From Planktothrix sp. GU0601_MAG3 (lineage in GTDB: Bacteria > Cyanobacteriota > Cyanobacteriia > Cyanobacteriales > Microcoleaceae), in assembly GCA_035193785.1 (NCBI GenBank), contig CP136572.1:1972578-2036577 (forward strand): 64,000 nt of DNA, read 5' to 3'. Positions 48,550-59,651 of the stretch are shown one piece after another (the first letter of the stretch is position 1; every line of letters begins with the position of its first letter). A program made the position numbers and the translations under genes. The notes beneath the pieces were generated by a model. The model had not been told where the DNA came from, made no database searches, and saw nothing but the letters and a program-made list of their open reading frames with translations.

Positions 48550-48879
48550 AAACCCAGAGAATTAGTCCGCAATCTTTAGTCTATTTATACCTGTTAATTG
48601 CCCCATTAACTCAGACCCCGGGGCAGGGGTATAGAAGATGAGAGTTAGGGCTTTTATCCTCGCCATAACTCAATAGATTAGAGTTTAAAAACCGTAGAGG
48701 TTTGGTCTCTAAGCCTTACTCAGAATAGGGTTTAGAGATCAAACCCCTGCGATAAAATATTACAACTTATTAAGGATTACTATAGATCAGAGTTGAATGA
48801 ATTACCGTAAATTGATTGACCCAGAAATTGAGTTAATGACCCAATGTAGTAGCCAATTTTCGGGTTAGAGATTTGTGCA

Positions 48880-48924
48880 ACCATAAACTTATACAAAAAT
48901 TGCATCTTTGTATAAGTTTATGGT
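48880..48924. promoter_or_regulatory. Perfect 18-bp inverted repeat, 90 bp upstream of the HTH-AAA gene
   Basis: accataaacttatacaaa-aattgcatc-tttgtataagtttatggt. Confidence 0.5.
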
Positions 48925-49014
48925 ATGTTAGTTACAGCGTTCTTGTATTTTAATAATATAAAAATACTCAGATTTATTAATCTAATTTATTGATATAAAA
49001 ATATTGGGGTTAAC

Positions 49015-50359
49015 ATGGTCAAAAGTGTTGAGGAAATTTTAGACTTAACGGAAGCGTTGATTATTGCTAACGGAAAAAAACCGCTGAGTTATATTCAGAA
49101 AGTTATTTTAAAAGAAGCGTTATTAGAAACAAAAAAAACCTACGATCAAATTGCTGAAGACAATGGCTATTCTCCCAATTATTTAAAAAATGGAGTCGCC
49201 CCGCACCTCTGGCAACTTTTATCGGATGTGGTGGGCGAAAAAGTGACTAAGGCTAATTGCCACTGTTTATTAAGACAGGAATTAAATTATCAAGATATCC
49301 CTAAAATTATTCCAGAATTTGTTTTTCCTAAAGCAAATTTTTTAGAATCTCCAGAAGGCCAAGTTCCGCTTGATTCTATTTTTTATATTGAGCGATCGCC
49401 CATTGAATTAACCTGTTATCAAGAGATTCAAAATCAAGGAGCATTACTGCGAATTAAAGCCCCTAGAAAGATGGGTAAAACCTCCTTAATGGCTCGAATT
49501 TTAGATCACGCTCAACAGCAAGGTTATCATCCCGTTCGTTTAAGTCTCCATCTTGCCAGTAGTTTAGTCTTTACCTCAACGGAAAAATTCTTACGTTGGC
49601 TTTGTGCTAATGTAGCTCAACAGTTGGAATTAGAATCTAAAATAGATGATTTTTGGGATGAAGATGTAGGAACATTAGTCAGTAGTTCTCTGTATTTTCA
49701 AGGGTATTTATTAGAATTAATTAAAGAACCGATTGTTTTAGCTATTGATGAAGTTAATCAATTATTTGAGTATCCTTCCTTAGCCCGGGATGTCTTGGCT
49801 TTATTAAGATCTTGGCATGAAGAAACCCGAGATATTAGCAATTGGAAAAAATTAAGGTTTGTGATTGTCTATTCAACGGATATTTATATCCCCTTAGATA
49901 CAAATAAATCTCCATTTAACGTCGGTTTAGGAGTTGATTTACTGCCTTTTAATATTAGTCAAATTGAAACTCTAGCGCAACGATATGGATTAAAATTAAT
50001 GGATAAAGAGTTAAAAAAATTTACAGAATTTATTGGAGGATTTCCTTTTTTAGCAAGATTAGCCTTTGATCATTGTGTGCGTCGTAATATTCCCCTCCCA
50101 GAGTTACTAAAACAAGCCATCAGTGATACAGGAATTTATGCCGATCATCTCCACGAACAGTTATGGTTACTTGAGCAAGACCCCGATTTAGTCACCGCCT
50201 ATCAACAAGTTATTAGTACAAATCAACCTATCAAAATTGAACATGTGAAAGCGTTTAAATTAAAAAGTATGGGATTGGTTTCATATTGATGGAAATTCAG
50301 TTATTCCCAGTTGTGAGTTATACCGTCAATATTTTCAGGAGTATTTTAGGGAAGTTTGA
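49015..50359 (+). CDS. AAA_35-like ATPase with N-terminal HTH-like domain (frameshift near 50280)
   Basis: TYDQIAE..GYS, LWQLLS..GEKVTK; PEGQVPLDS.FYIER; APRKMGKTS; LAIDE; SPFNVG. Confidence 0.85.
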
Positions 50360-50417
50360 TATACATAAACTACAGAAACAGAAACCGGGCTTGTCCAAGA
50401 AACCCGGTTTCTAGGGA

Positions 50418-51594
50418 TTAATTTCTTAATTGTACAGGCATCACCAAATATGTCATTTTTATCCCACCCAAAGGATTAACAATAACTGGAGTAGTGGCGG
50501 CATTCAATTGCAGGGAAACTTCCGAGGTATTAAATACTTTTAAACCCTCTAATAAGTATTTAACATTAAATGCTAATTCCTTGGGTTCCTCCCCAGAAAT
50601 TTGAGCGGGGAGAGATTCCAAAGCATTACCAACATCGGCGGCTTCTACGGATAAAGCAATTTGTTGATTAACATGATCAATGCTACATTTGACAATATCA
50701 TTCTTTTGAGAAGCTAAAACCGCAATCCGTTCTAGGGCACCGATAAAGCCCCGCCGATCTAAGTTAATTTGATTGACAAATTGATGGGGAATTAACTGTT
50801 GATAAGCCGGATATGCCCCTTCTAATTTGCGAGTATTAAGTCTTTGTTCCCCCAGTTCAAAAATTACTTGACTCTCATCAAATCGCAACGTAATAATAAC
50901 CGGAGAATCGTCTTTAGAGCCACCGTGGGTATCAACAGTTCGCATCGCCACCATGCGTTCCACTTCCCTTAAAGCCCGGGCTGGAACTGTTACCTCAAAT
51001 TCCTCTAATTCATCATCGGGATCGGTTTCGCTTAGATTTTCTGTTTGCACAACTGCTAATCTATGACCGTCCGTTGAAGCAAATTCAATCGTATTATTTT
51101 GAACTTTTAAATGCACTCCAGTTAAAACCTGTTTAGTTTCATCGGAAACTTGTAGCAAATAACGTCCCCTTCAATCCCGAAATTAAAGATTCCGCCGCCA
51201 AATGAATAGAATCGCCCGTTTGAATAGCAGGTAATTCGGGATATTCTTCCGCCGCCATACCTCGAACTTGATATTTTCCTGAACTAGAAGTTAAATTAAC
51301 AATTGCTTCCCCAACTTGATCATCAATGGTAATTTCTCCCCCGGGTAAACGGGAGACAATATCATTAAATAATTTAGCTGGGACAGTTAAGGTTCCTCCC
51401 TCCGTGACCGTCGCCTGCATACTCGCCCGAATCCCCAAACTTAAATCAAATGCAGTTAAATTTAACCGTTGATTTTCCTCATCAGCATCAATTAAAATAT
51501 TAGATAAAATTGGATGATTCGGACGGGATGGAATCGCCCTAGATACCCAAGATAAATTAGAACTTAATTTGTCCTGTTCAACAATAAATTTCAT
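50418..51594 (-). CDS. dnaN: DNA polymerase III beta clamp (frameshift near 51148)
   Basis: LTAFDLSLGI, STDGHRL, GAYPAY, AFNVKYL, YLVMPVQLR. Confidence 0.95.
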
Positions 51595-51704
51595 AGTTAA
51601 CCTCCATTGGTATGTGTTAGCATAATCATAATGCCGACAATTTCTAACATTCACGAGAGAAACGAACCCCTAATTATAACCTAGAAATCCCTCGATATCC
51701 TTAG

Positions 51705-52176
51705 CTATAGAATCTTCTGCATTAACAAAGATTGAGGTTGATAACCCAATTTCTGATAGAGATTGAGAGCGGGTTGGTTATTCGTGAAAACCTGTAGACT
51801 CATTTTGCGATCGCCCCGTCCCGTGGCCCACCGTTGAGCATGGGCCATTAAAGCTGAACCAATACCCTGTTTTCGGTGTTCTGGTGCCACATACAACAAA
51901 AAAACATGGGCAGTGCGTTCTCCGTCGGCCAAATCAATCGCATTACCTAACCATAAACAAGCTATCGGTTCGGGGCGGTGGTCTGGGTAGAATTTATCCA
52001 CCCACCACAAAGGGGTTTGAGGCGAAAAATACTGCTCAACAGTTAGGGCGAGATGGCTTAAATCTTGATCAGGGAATTGTTCCTTATAGGTTTCTATATA
52101 CAAACTTGAGTAATAAAGCCCGATCTAAACGTGACCCCTGGCGCAAATGATAACCGGGGATAAAAACTTCAGACAC
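51705..52176 (-). CDS. GNAT family N-acetyltransferase (frameshift near 52095)
   Basis: YVAPEHRKQGIG, NQPALNLYQKLGY; GTG start overlaps the upstream stop. Confidence 0.85.
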
Positions 52177-52348
52177 GAATATTATTAAGGAAATAGGTCG
52201 CCGATGCAGTCGGAGTAAAAATCGTGCCAATGGGTGCCGGGGCGCTCATATCTCCAGGGAGAAAAATTCGCGCACTGACAACGAACAGAGCGAATAAAAA
52301 CATGATGACCACAATCAACGGGGCCATATATTGACGAAAGAATGCCAT
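52169..52348 (-). CDS. Conserved cyanobacterial small membrane protein (59 aa; absent from the ORF track)
   Basis: MAFFRQYMAPLIVVIMFLFALFVVSARIFLPGDMSAPAPIG... Confidence 0.75.
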   Translation of the reverse strand: MAFFRQYMAPLIVVIMFLFALFVVSARIFLPGDMSAPAPIGTIFTPTASATYFLNNIRV

Positions 52349-52422
52349 AATCAGTTATCGGTGATCAGTAAACAGTTATCAGTGTAAGAGTTGTCAGTTT
52401 TTAGCTAACAACCTACAATACA

Positions 52423-53775
52423 TTGACACTCCCTTTGCCTAAAGGCGTGGGGATTCTTTGTTCACAGAGCCAACTTGCTCGAACAGGATTTCTCCAGCCC
52501 GAGTAGAGGTCAATTCTCCCAAAGCGTTGCTTACATCTAGTGCAAAAGTTCCCGTATGCCCTACGGTACTCAATCCTCGACTAAGGATATTTCTAGCTGC
52601 ATTTTCATCTCTATCCATGACACAACCGCACCTACAAACATGGGATAAGAGTGGATAGCGTTTTCTTAACAATTTCACCGCAACTAGAGCATTCTTGGCT
52701 GGTATATTGCGGATTTACCGCCACCGTGACTCTTTCAAATACTTTACCAAAGTATTCAAGCCAGACCCGAAACTGATACCAAGATGCGTCATTAATAGAC
52801 TTAGCTAAACAATGATTTTTTACCAGATTTTTAATCCTCAAATCTTCGTAGGCTATCAAGTCGTTAGACTGAACTACGCACCGTGCTGATTTCACAGCAT
52901 GGTCTTCACGTTGCCTACTTATTTTAAGGTGGCGTTTCCCTAAAATCTGTCTAGCTTTGCCTCGATTTTTTGAACCTTTTACTTTTCTGGAAATCCGACG
53001 TTGTGAACGTTTAAGAACCTTTTCCCCTTGACGGAGAAATTTAGGATTCTCAACCATCACACCATTAGAGTCGGTGTAGTATTCCTTCAAACCCACATCT
53101 AATCCTATCGTATTTCCAGAAGGCTTTGTATTTTCTTTCCGGTCAACATCGACACAGAATTGAACGTACACGCCGTCTGCACGTTTTACTAATCTCACCC
53201 GTTTTATTTGGCTAATTTGGTAAAAGTGTAAGTCGCGCGTGCCTTTTAACTTGAGTTCACCAATATTTTTTTTATCGGTAAACTTTATGGATTTTCTGTC
53301 ATCTGCAAGTTTCCAACCCGTTGATTTATATTCAACAGAACGACAGTTTTTCTGGAATTTTGGATATCCTTTTTTACCAGGAATTGACTTTTTGCAGTTC
53401 TCGTAAAAACGGGAAATAGCAGACCAGGCTCTTTCGGCACAAGATTGTCTGGCTTGAGAATTGAGTTCATTAGCAAACGGAAAATTCTTAGCAAGCACGG
53501 CACAATATTTGTTTAGATCATACTTATCTATTTTTTTATTATCCATCCAATAGCGTAAACAACTATTGCGGACAAATTGTGCTGTACGAATCGCTTCATT
53601 TACTGCTTCAATCTGACTTGCTTTTCCGTAAGATTTGAACTCAAATACTAACATTGCCCTACCTCTCGCCTTACTTCTTATGCTATATCTTTGGGCACAA
53701 GATTGGCTGATATTGCAACAAAGGTTTACAATTAAAGCCTAACTAGAAGTTAGGGGTTTTAAACCCAATTTTCTG
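52423..53775 (-). mobile_element. IS200/IS605-family element carrying tnpB only
   Basis: On the minus strand: left end TTAT|CAGAAAATTGGGTTTAAAACCCC hairpin; right end GAATCCCCACGCCTTTAGGCAAAGGGAGTGTCAA; no tnpA. Confidence 0.85.
52439..53654 (-). CDS. tnpB: RNA-guided endonuclease TnpB (frameshift near 52655)
   Basis: RuvC residues GLDVGLK, AYEDL, DRDENAA; zinc finger TSQECSSCG...CRCG. Confidence 0.92.
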
Positions 53776-53882
53776 ATAACTAATAACTGGTACGGGTGCG
53801 CCAATAGCCTAACGAGATTGCGCTTTGCTAAGGTGCGTCTAACCACTGATAACTGATAACTGTTTACTGATAACTGAATTAA

Positions 53883-55209
53883 ATGACTTCTATCCTCGTT
53901 AAACCATCTTTGCCTCGACCGATCAATACCCCCACTGTTCATCAACTCTCCAATGGTCTGACCATTGTGGCAGAACAGTTAGCCGTTGATGCGGTAAATC
54001 TCAATGTTTGGATTAATATTGGTTCGGCCATTGAATCCGATGATATCAACGGTATGGCGCACTTTTTAGAACATATCGTTTTTAAAGGCACACCCCATCT
54101 GCAAATCGGCGAATTCGAGCAAAAAATCGAACAGCGGGGCGCGGTCACCAATGCGGCAACCAGTCAGGACTATACCCATTATTACATCACCACCGCCCCC
54201 CAGGACTTTGCGGATTTAGCTCCCCTACAGTTTGATGTGGTACTCAATGCCAGTGTGGCGGATGAAGCCTTTGAACGGGAGAGATTTGTCGTCTTAGAAG
54301 AAATTCGTCGGGCGGAAGATAACCCAGGTCGGCGTTTCCTTCCGTCAGTCCATGGAAATCGCCTTTGAGCAACTCCCCTATCGTCGTCCAGTTTTGGGGC
54401 CAGCATCGGTGATTGAGCAGTTACAATCCCAACAAATGCGGGACTTCCATCGCACCTGGTATCAGCCCCGCTCCATGACCGTCGCCGTGGTGGGTAATTT
54501 ACCCGTGGAAACTCTGATCCAAACGGTAGAAAATGCCGTTAGCTCCGTTTATCCCGCCTCCTCGATGGCTTCCGCCCTGCCGGAACTCCAACCCTGGACT
54601 CCTGAAGCGAGTTTTCAGGAAATTGTCCGTCAAGAAATTATTGATGATACCTTGGAACAAGCCCGATTATTGATGTTGTGGCGTGTACCCGGTTTAGCAG
54701 AACTCCCTCAAACCTATCCTTTGGATATTTTAGCCCATATTTTGGGCCAAGGAAGAACCGCACGACTATTCCAAGATCTACGGGAAAATCGCGGGTTAGT
54801 TTCGTCGATTTCTGCGAGTAATATGACCCAGCGTTGGCAGGGGGTATTTTATATTTCAGCCCGTTTACCCGCAGAGAATTTAGCTCTAGTTGAAGAAATT
54901 CTCACCGATCATATTCGTCAAATCCAAAGCGAATTAATTACCGAAGATGAAATTGCCAAAGTTAGGATGCAGGTGGCAAATCGGTTTATCTTTGGCAATG
55001 AAACCCCTAGCGATCGCGCTGGGTTGTATGGATACTATCAATCTCTGGTGGGGGATTTAACTGCGGGTCTCCATTACCCCGATCATATTCAAGGTTTGAG
55101 TTCAGAAACCGTTCAACAGGCAGCACAACAGTATTTGTCTCCCAATGCCTATGGAATTGTGATTTTAAAACCTTCCTTAAACAGTCATCAGTCATCAGTT
55201 AACAGTTAA
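53883..55209 (+). CDS. M16 (pitrilysin) family peptidase (frameshift near 54340)
   Basis: GMAHFLEHIVFKGT, NAATSQDYT, RLFQDLRE. Confidence 0.92.
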
Positions 55210-55511
55210 CAGTTAACTGTTAAACAGTTATCAGTTAAACAGTTATCAGTAAAATTACCTTCCCTGAATTCAAGAAAACCCAGAGTTGGGAAGTTTCTGG
55301 GGACTAATAATGGTAAAATCGTGAAACGCTTATATTGTAGGCGTCATCGCCTTCTAAAGTGATAAGGTTTAAGGGCAAAAACCGCTTGATTTTTATTGGG
55401 TTTTGTGGGTTAACCCCAATAATGTATCCAAATTTTTCCCAAATCTCGGTAAAATTGTCCTGACAACTTTGATCCCCATGTTTTTTGAGTCATTGGTGAG
55501 AATTAGCCTCT

Positions 55512-56541
55512 ATGAAACTACAAGATTTTCTCGGTAAAAATACTCGATATGATATTAAAGGCATTTCTGAAGATGACGAACTTTCCCGTCAAATTCAGAC
55601 CCGACTAATTGATTTAGGACTGCTTGATCCCCCTGTGGATGGGATTTTTGGCCCCAAATCAACGGCGGCATTACACCAATTTCAGAAGTTGATGGAGTGT
55701 GGTGAAGCGGGTTATCTGGGCGCGGTGACGGCGAAAAAGCTCACGGAAACCAAACGAGAACAAATTCCCGTAGCCACCCCAATTCTGAAAACCGTTAAAA
55801 GTACAGTTTTTAAAGTTAAACCCATTGCTTCTTCTCAACTCAATGACTCGGAAAAATTTACGATTCCCGCCAATAAAGAATTTAGTGTTTTAGCCTACGA
55901 TCCCATTCGTGGACATTTACGAGTCGCTTTACGCACCGAATCCTACGGAGGATATTCGGTCTTATATATCTGGGGAGAACACGCTGAAATTTATGAAAAT
56001 GGGAGTCGGGTTTATCCTAAACCGATTCCTCCGAGTTTCCGGCTCAATGTTCCCTATAAATCTCAATTGGATAACTGGTTTAATCCAACAGGTTTCCTGT
56101 AATGTCACTTCCATCGCCATGTGTTTGGAATACCTTAAAGCCCGTCGCAAAACCAATTCCGGCCAGTTGGAAGATGAACTCTATGAATATGCTATCAATA
56201 AAGGCTACAGTCGCCATAACCCCAACGATTTAGCTCGAATTGTTCGAGATTATGGTTGTCAGGATTATTTTACCGAAAATAGCACAATAGATGATGTCAA
56301 AGATTGGATTGCGGCTGGAAATCCCGCCGTAATTCATGGATATTTTACCTCCTTTGGTCATATCATGCCTGTGGTGGGTTATGACGAATATGGATTTATT
56401 GTCCATGATCCCTATGGAGAATGGTTTTCCTCCGGTTATCGCACGGATTTAAGTGGGTCTTATTTGAATTATTCCTATCTATTGATCCGCCGGGTTTGCA
56501 TCCCTGATGGTACTTTTTGGGTGCATTTTATTTCTAAGTAG
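55512..56541 (+). CDS. Peptidoglycan-binding domain + C39-like peptidase (frameshift near 56095)
   Basis: VDGIFGPKSTAALHQFQ; VPYKSQLDN, CNVTSIAM, GHI, VHDPYG. Confidence 0.85.
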
Positions 56542-56598
56542 TTGTTAGGAATAGAGGTGTGATCTGAGGGCGAGAAAACCTCGCCCCTACTTTTTGAT

Positions 56599-57453
56599 TT
56601 AGATTCTCATACTTAAATCTAACCAATTTGAACGGGTAATCGGGGCACTGGTTGAAATATAATCAACCCCGGTTTCTGCAACAAAACGAATGGTTTCTAA
56701 GGTAATATTTCCCGATGCTTCTATTTTAATTCGGGAGTTATATTCACGAATTATATTAACAGCTTCCCCCATTAACTCCAAGGACATATTATCTAACATA
56801 ATAATATCCGCTTGATGTTCTAAGGCTATTTTAACCTGTTCTAAGGTTTCTGTTTCCACTTCAATAGTTAAAGGATAAGGCATAGTTTCTCGAATTTTTG
56901 CGATCGCCTCTGCAATTCCCCCCGCCGCCGCAATATGATTATCTTTAATCATAATCGCATCATCTAATCCCATTCGATGATTTTTTGCCCCACCGACTTG
57001 AATCGCATATTTTTCTAATAATCTTAATCCGGGTGTGGTTTTACGGGTATCTACTAATTGACAGGGTAAATCAGCGATCGCCTCTACATATTTCCGCGTC
57101 TCTGTAGCAATTCCACTCAGTCGCATGGCTAAATTTAACGCCACTCTTTCCCCGGTTAATAACGCCTCTAAACTCCCCTCTAAAAAAGCAATTTTTGTGT
57201 CTTTTTCACACCATTCTCCCTCTTTAACTAAGGGGGTAAATTCTATCTGATGATCCAACAGTTGAAACACTCTTTCCGCAATCGATAATCCAGCAATCAC
57301 ACCCTTTTCCTTAACAATCCAATCGGCGGATTTAATCTGATTAACGATTAATAATCCTGCGGTCGTGCGATCGCCTCGTCCAATATCTTCTAATAACCAT
57401 TGTTGCAATAGGGGATCTAAAATAACCCTAGGAGGTAATATTGCCTTGATCAT
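56599..57453 (-). CDS. nadC: Nicotinate-nucleotide diphosphorylase (carboxylating)
   Basis: EDIGRGD, DTRKTTPG, HRMGLDD, IKDNH, EVE, MLDNM, EASG. Confidence 0.95.
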   Translation of the reverse strand: MIKAILPPRVILDPLLQQWLLEDIGRGDRTTAGLLIVNQIKSADWIVKEKGVIAGLSIAERVFQLLDHQIEFTPLVKEGEWCEKDTKIAFLEGSLEALLTGERVALNLAMRLSGIATETRKYVEAIADLPCQLVDTRKTTPGLRLLEKYAIQVGGAKNHRMGLDDAIMIKDNHIAAAGGIAEAIAKIRETMPYPLTIEVETETLEQVKIALEHQADIIMLDNMSLELMGEAVNIIREYNSRIKIEASGNITLETIRFVAETGVDYISTSAPITRSNWLDLSMRI

Positions 57454-57571
57454 ACATTAAGGATTTTCAAATATTCTATAATACCGAGGGTCAAAGAAAC
57501 AGGGTTTCTGTATAAACCCTGATTTCCCATCCTAAATCTTGAAAGAAACCCGGTTTCTGGGGATGGTAAAA

Positions 57572-57616
57572 TACTAAAGCCCTCTCCCGATTTATCACTG
57601 GAAGAAGGCTTTAGTT
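57572..57616 (-). terminator. Hairpin terminator downstream of 5S copy 1 (repeated near 57945-57989)
   Basis: actaaagcc...ggctttagt stem followed on the minus strand by atttt. Confidence 0.6.
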
Positions 57617-57624
57617 TGATATTA

Positions 57625-57742
57625 ACCTGGCACCGAGCTATTTTCCCAGACGGCTACCCGCCAAGTATCTTCGCCGTATCAGCGTTTCACTTCCGAGTTC
57701 GAGATGGATCGGAGTGGTTCCACTGAGCCATAGGCACCAGGA
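57625..57742 (-). rRNA. rrf: 5S rRNA, copy 1
   Basis: tcctggtgcctatggc...ggaaccactccgatccatctcgaactcggaagtgaaacg...gggaaaatagctcggtgccaggt. Confidence 0.95.
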
Positions 57743-57817
57743 AAGCTCTGTAAACTTTTCTGGGTTTTGAGGATTTAGCGTTTTTGTGTTTCGCTTGTTT
57801 TCCTCTCACAATTTACT

Positions 57818-57846
57818 AATCTACTTTATTTCTCTGGGAATGTCAA
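57818..57846 (-). promoter_or_regulatory. Sigma70 promoter of 5S unit 1
   Basis: TTGACA-17 bp-TAGATT with an A-tract UP-like element. Confidence 0.8.
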
Positions 57847-57997
57847 CCCCTTTGGCAAAAGTTTTTTTTGATCCTCCGATCCGGCTTGTTCACGGGGTTT
57901 GGCGGAGCAAACAGGCCAAGGAAACCAGGTTTCTGAGGTTAAAATACTAAAGCCCTCTCCCGATTTATCACTGGAAGAAGGCTTTAGTTTGATATTA

Positions 57998-58115
57998 ACC
58001 TGGCACCGAGCTATTTTCCCAGACGGCTACCCGCCAAGTATCTTCGCCGTATCAGCGTTTCACTTCCGAGTTCGAGATGGATCGGAGTGGTTCCACTGAG
58101 CCATAGGCACCAGGA
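57998..58115 (-). rRNA. rrf: 5S rRNA, copy 2
   Basis: Same sequence as copy 1, offset by 373 bp. Confidence 0.95.
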
Positions 58116-58190
58116 AAGCTCTGTAAACTTTTCTGGGTTTTGAGGATTTAGCGTTTTTGTGTTTCGCCTGTTTTCCTCTCACAATTTACT

Positions 58191-58219
58191 AATCTACTTT
58201 ATTTCTCTAGGAATGTCAA
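58191..58219 (-). promoter_or_regulatory. Sigma70 promoter of 5S unit 2
   Basis: TTGACA-17 bp-TAGATT. Confidence 0.8.
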
Positions 58220-58291
58220 CCCCTTTTCCAAAAAAGTTTTTTTCGCCCCTACCTGAGCTACAACAGAAGACAGAAACCTATTCAGGGAACC

Positions 58292-59053
58292 ATGATTCAG
58301 TTTAACGTACCCCAGCCTCCCAGCTTTGAACGAGTCGAAGATGAACGTCTGCATCGTCAGCAACGGTTAGCCGCCGCCTTTCGGTTATTTGCCCATTATG
58401 GTTTTGATGAAGGAGTTGCGGGTCACATCACCGCCCGTGATCCCGAATTTCCTGACCATTTTTGGGTTAACCCCTTTGGAATGTATTTTGGCCAGATTCG
58501 GGTATCGGATTTATTGTTGGTAAACCATCAAGGGGAAGTTGTCAAAGGGAATAAACCCGTAAATGCAGCCGCATTTGCCATTCATTCCCAAATCCATCAA
58601 GCGCGTCCTGACGTGGTGGCGGCGGCCCATGCCCACTCATTATATGGCAAAACCTGGGCTTCTTTAGGAAGATTACTTGATCCTGTGACTCAAGATGCTT
58701 GTTCTTTTTATCAGGATCATGTTTTATTTGATGATTATACCGGAGTTGTTTTAGACCCGAATGAAGGCGAACGAATAGCTAATACTTTGGGGAATAAAAA
58801 AGCAGCTATTTTGCGAAATCATGGATTATTAACCGTTGGTCATTCGGTCGATGAAGCAGCCTGGTGGTTTATTACAATGGAACGCTCTTGTCAGGTACAA
58901 TTAATGGCGGAAGCTGCCGGAAAAACAGTATTAATTAATCCTGAAATCGCTAATTTAACCCTGAGTCAAGTTGGTAGCCATTATATGGGATGGTTTAGTT
59001 TTCAATCGTTATATGACAAAATTGTCGCAGCAGAACCGGGTTTATTAGAATAA
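58292..59053 (+). CDS. Class II aldolase/adducin family protein
   Basis: GVAGHITARDP, AAFAIHSQIH, AHAHS, LRNHGLLTVG. Confidence 0.92.
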   Translation: MIQFNVPQPPSFERVEDERLHRQQRLAAAFRLFAHYGFDEGVAGHITARDPEFPDHFWVNPFGMYFGQIRVSDLLLVNHQGEVVKGNKPVNAAAFAIHSQIHQARPDVVAAAHAHSLYGKTWASLGRLLDPVTQDACSFYQDHVLFDDYTGVVLDPNEGERIANTLGNKKAAILRNHGLLTVGHSVDEAAWWFITMERSCQVQLMAEAAGKTVLINPEIANLTLSQVGSHYMGWFSFQSLYDKIVAAEPGLLE

Positions 59054-59077
59054 TATTCTGATTCAGGAGATTTAATC

Positions 59078-59608
59078 ATGCCAATTGATTTACCTTGGGC
59101 TTTAGCATTTGTGATTATTGCCGGACTGATTCCTGGATTAAAAACAATTAACTATGATCCGAATTCTCTCCCCGCCAATTTATCACAACGTCCGACATCT
59201 GAAACCACCTCTAACAATGCAGACTTAATATTTAGTGATGTTAAGTTAGTGACCATGGGAGAAGGTACGGCGGTGCGTTATTTTATTGAGGGTAAAGTTA
59301 AAAATACCAGTTCAACACCGATGCAATCACCAAAAGTTATTTATCGAGAATATCAACAACAAAATGATCAGTTAGTAGAACTAGAAACCCTAGAAGCTAA
59401 GGTTAATCCAACGGAACTAAAACCGGGAAAAACTGGAATATTTGGTCGCCGGGTAAACAGTCCATCGGAAGTAATTTTAATTGAGAGTTTGGTTTCTTTG
59501 GATCGAGAAAAAATTGAAGTTAATGAATGTTATGCTGATAATTTAGAACGGCGAGAGATCTGTCGCAGACAATTGAATCCGCGAGGGGTTTATTCTTTAT
59601 TAAAATGA
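59078..59608 (+). CDS. Hypothetical membrane-anchored protein, possibly FxLYD-like beta-sandwich
   Basis: N-terminal TM; IEGKVKNTS...LKPGKTGIF. Confidence 0.55.
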   Translation: MPIDLPWALAFVIIAGLIPGLKTINYDPNSLPANLSQRPTSETTSNNADLIFSDVKLVTMGEGTAVRYFIEGKVKNTSSTPMQSPKVIYREYQQQNDQLVELETLEAKVNPTELKPGKTGIFGRRVNSPSEVILIESLVSLDREKIEVNECYADNLERREICRRQLNPRGVYSLLK

Positions 59609-59651
59609 TTCTGAGGACTAAAAAATCAGCGAAGATCAACCTATTTCCAAC

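Noticed and set aside
50418..51594. Programmed frameshifting or pseudogenisation of dnaN and other split genes
   Set aside because: The same single-base homopolymer error pattern affects unrelated genes throughout the window.
51594..51705. oriC next to dnaN
   Set aside because: No dnaA gene and no cluster of DnaA boxes seen. Isolated partial matches near 11280-11390 are unconvincing.
57899..58099. 66-aa ORF
   Set aside because: Lies antisense to the 5S rRNA and its terminator; spurious.
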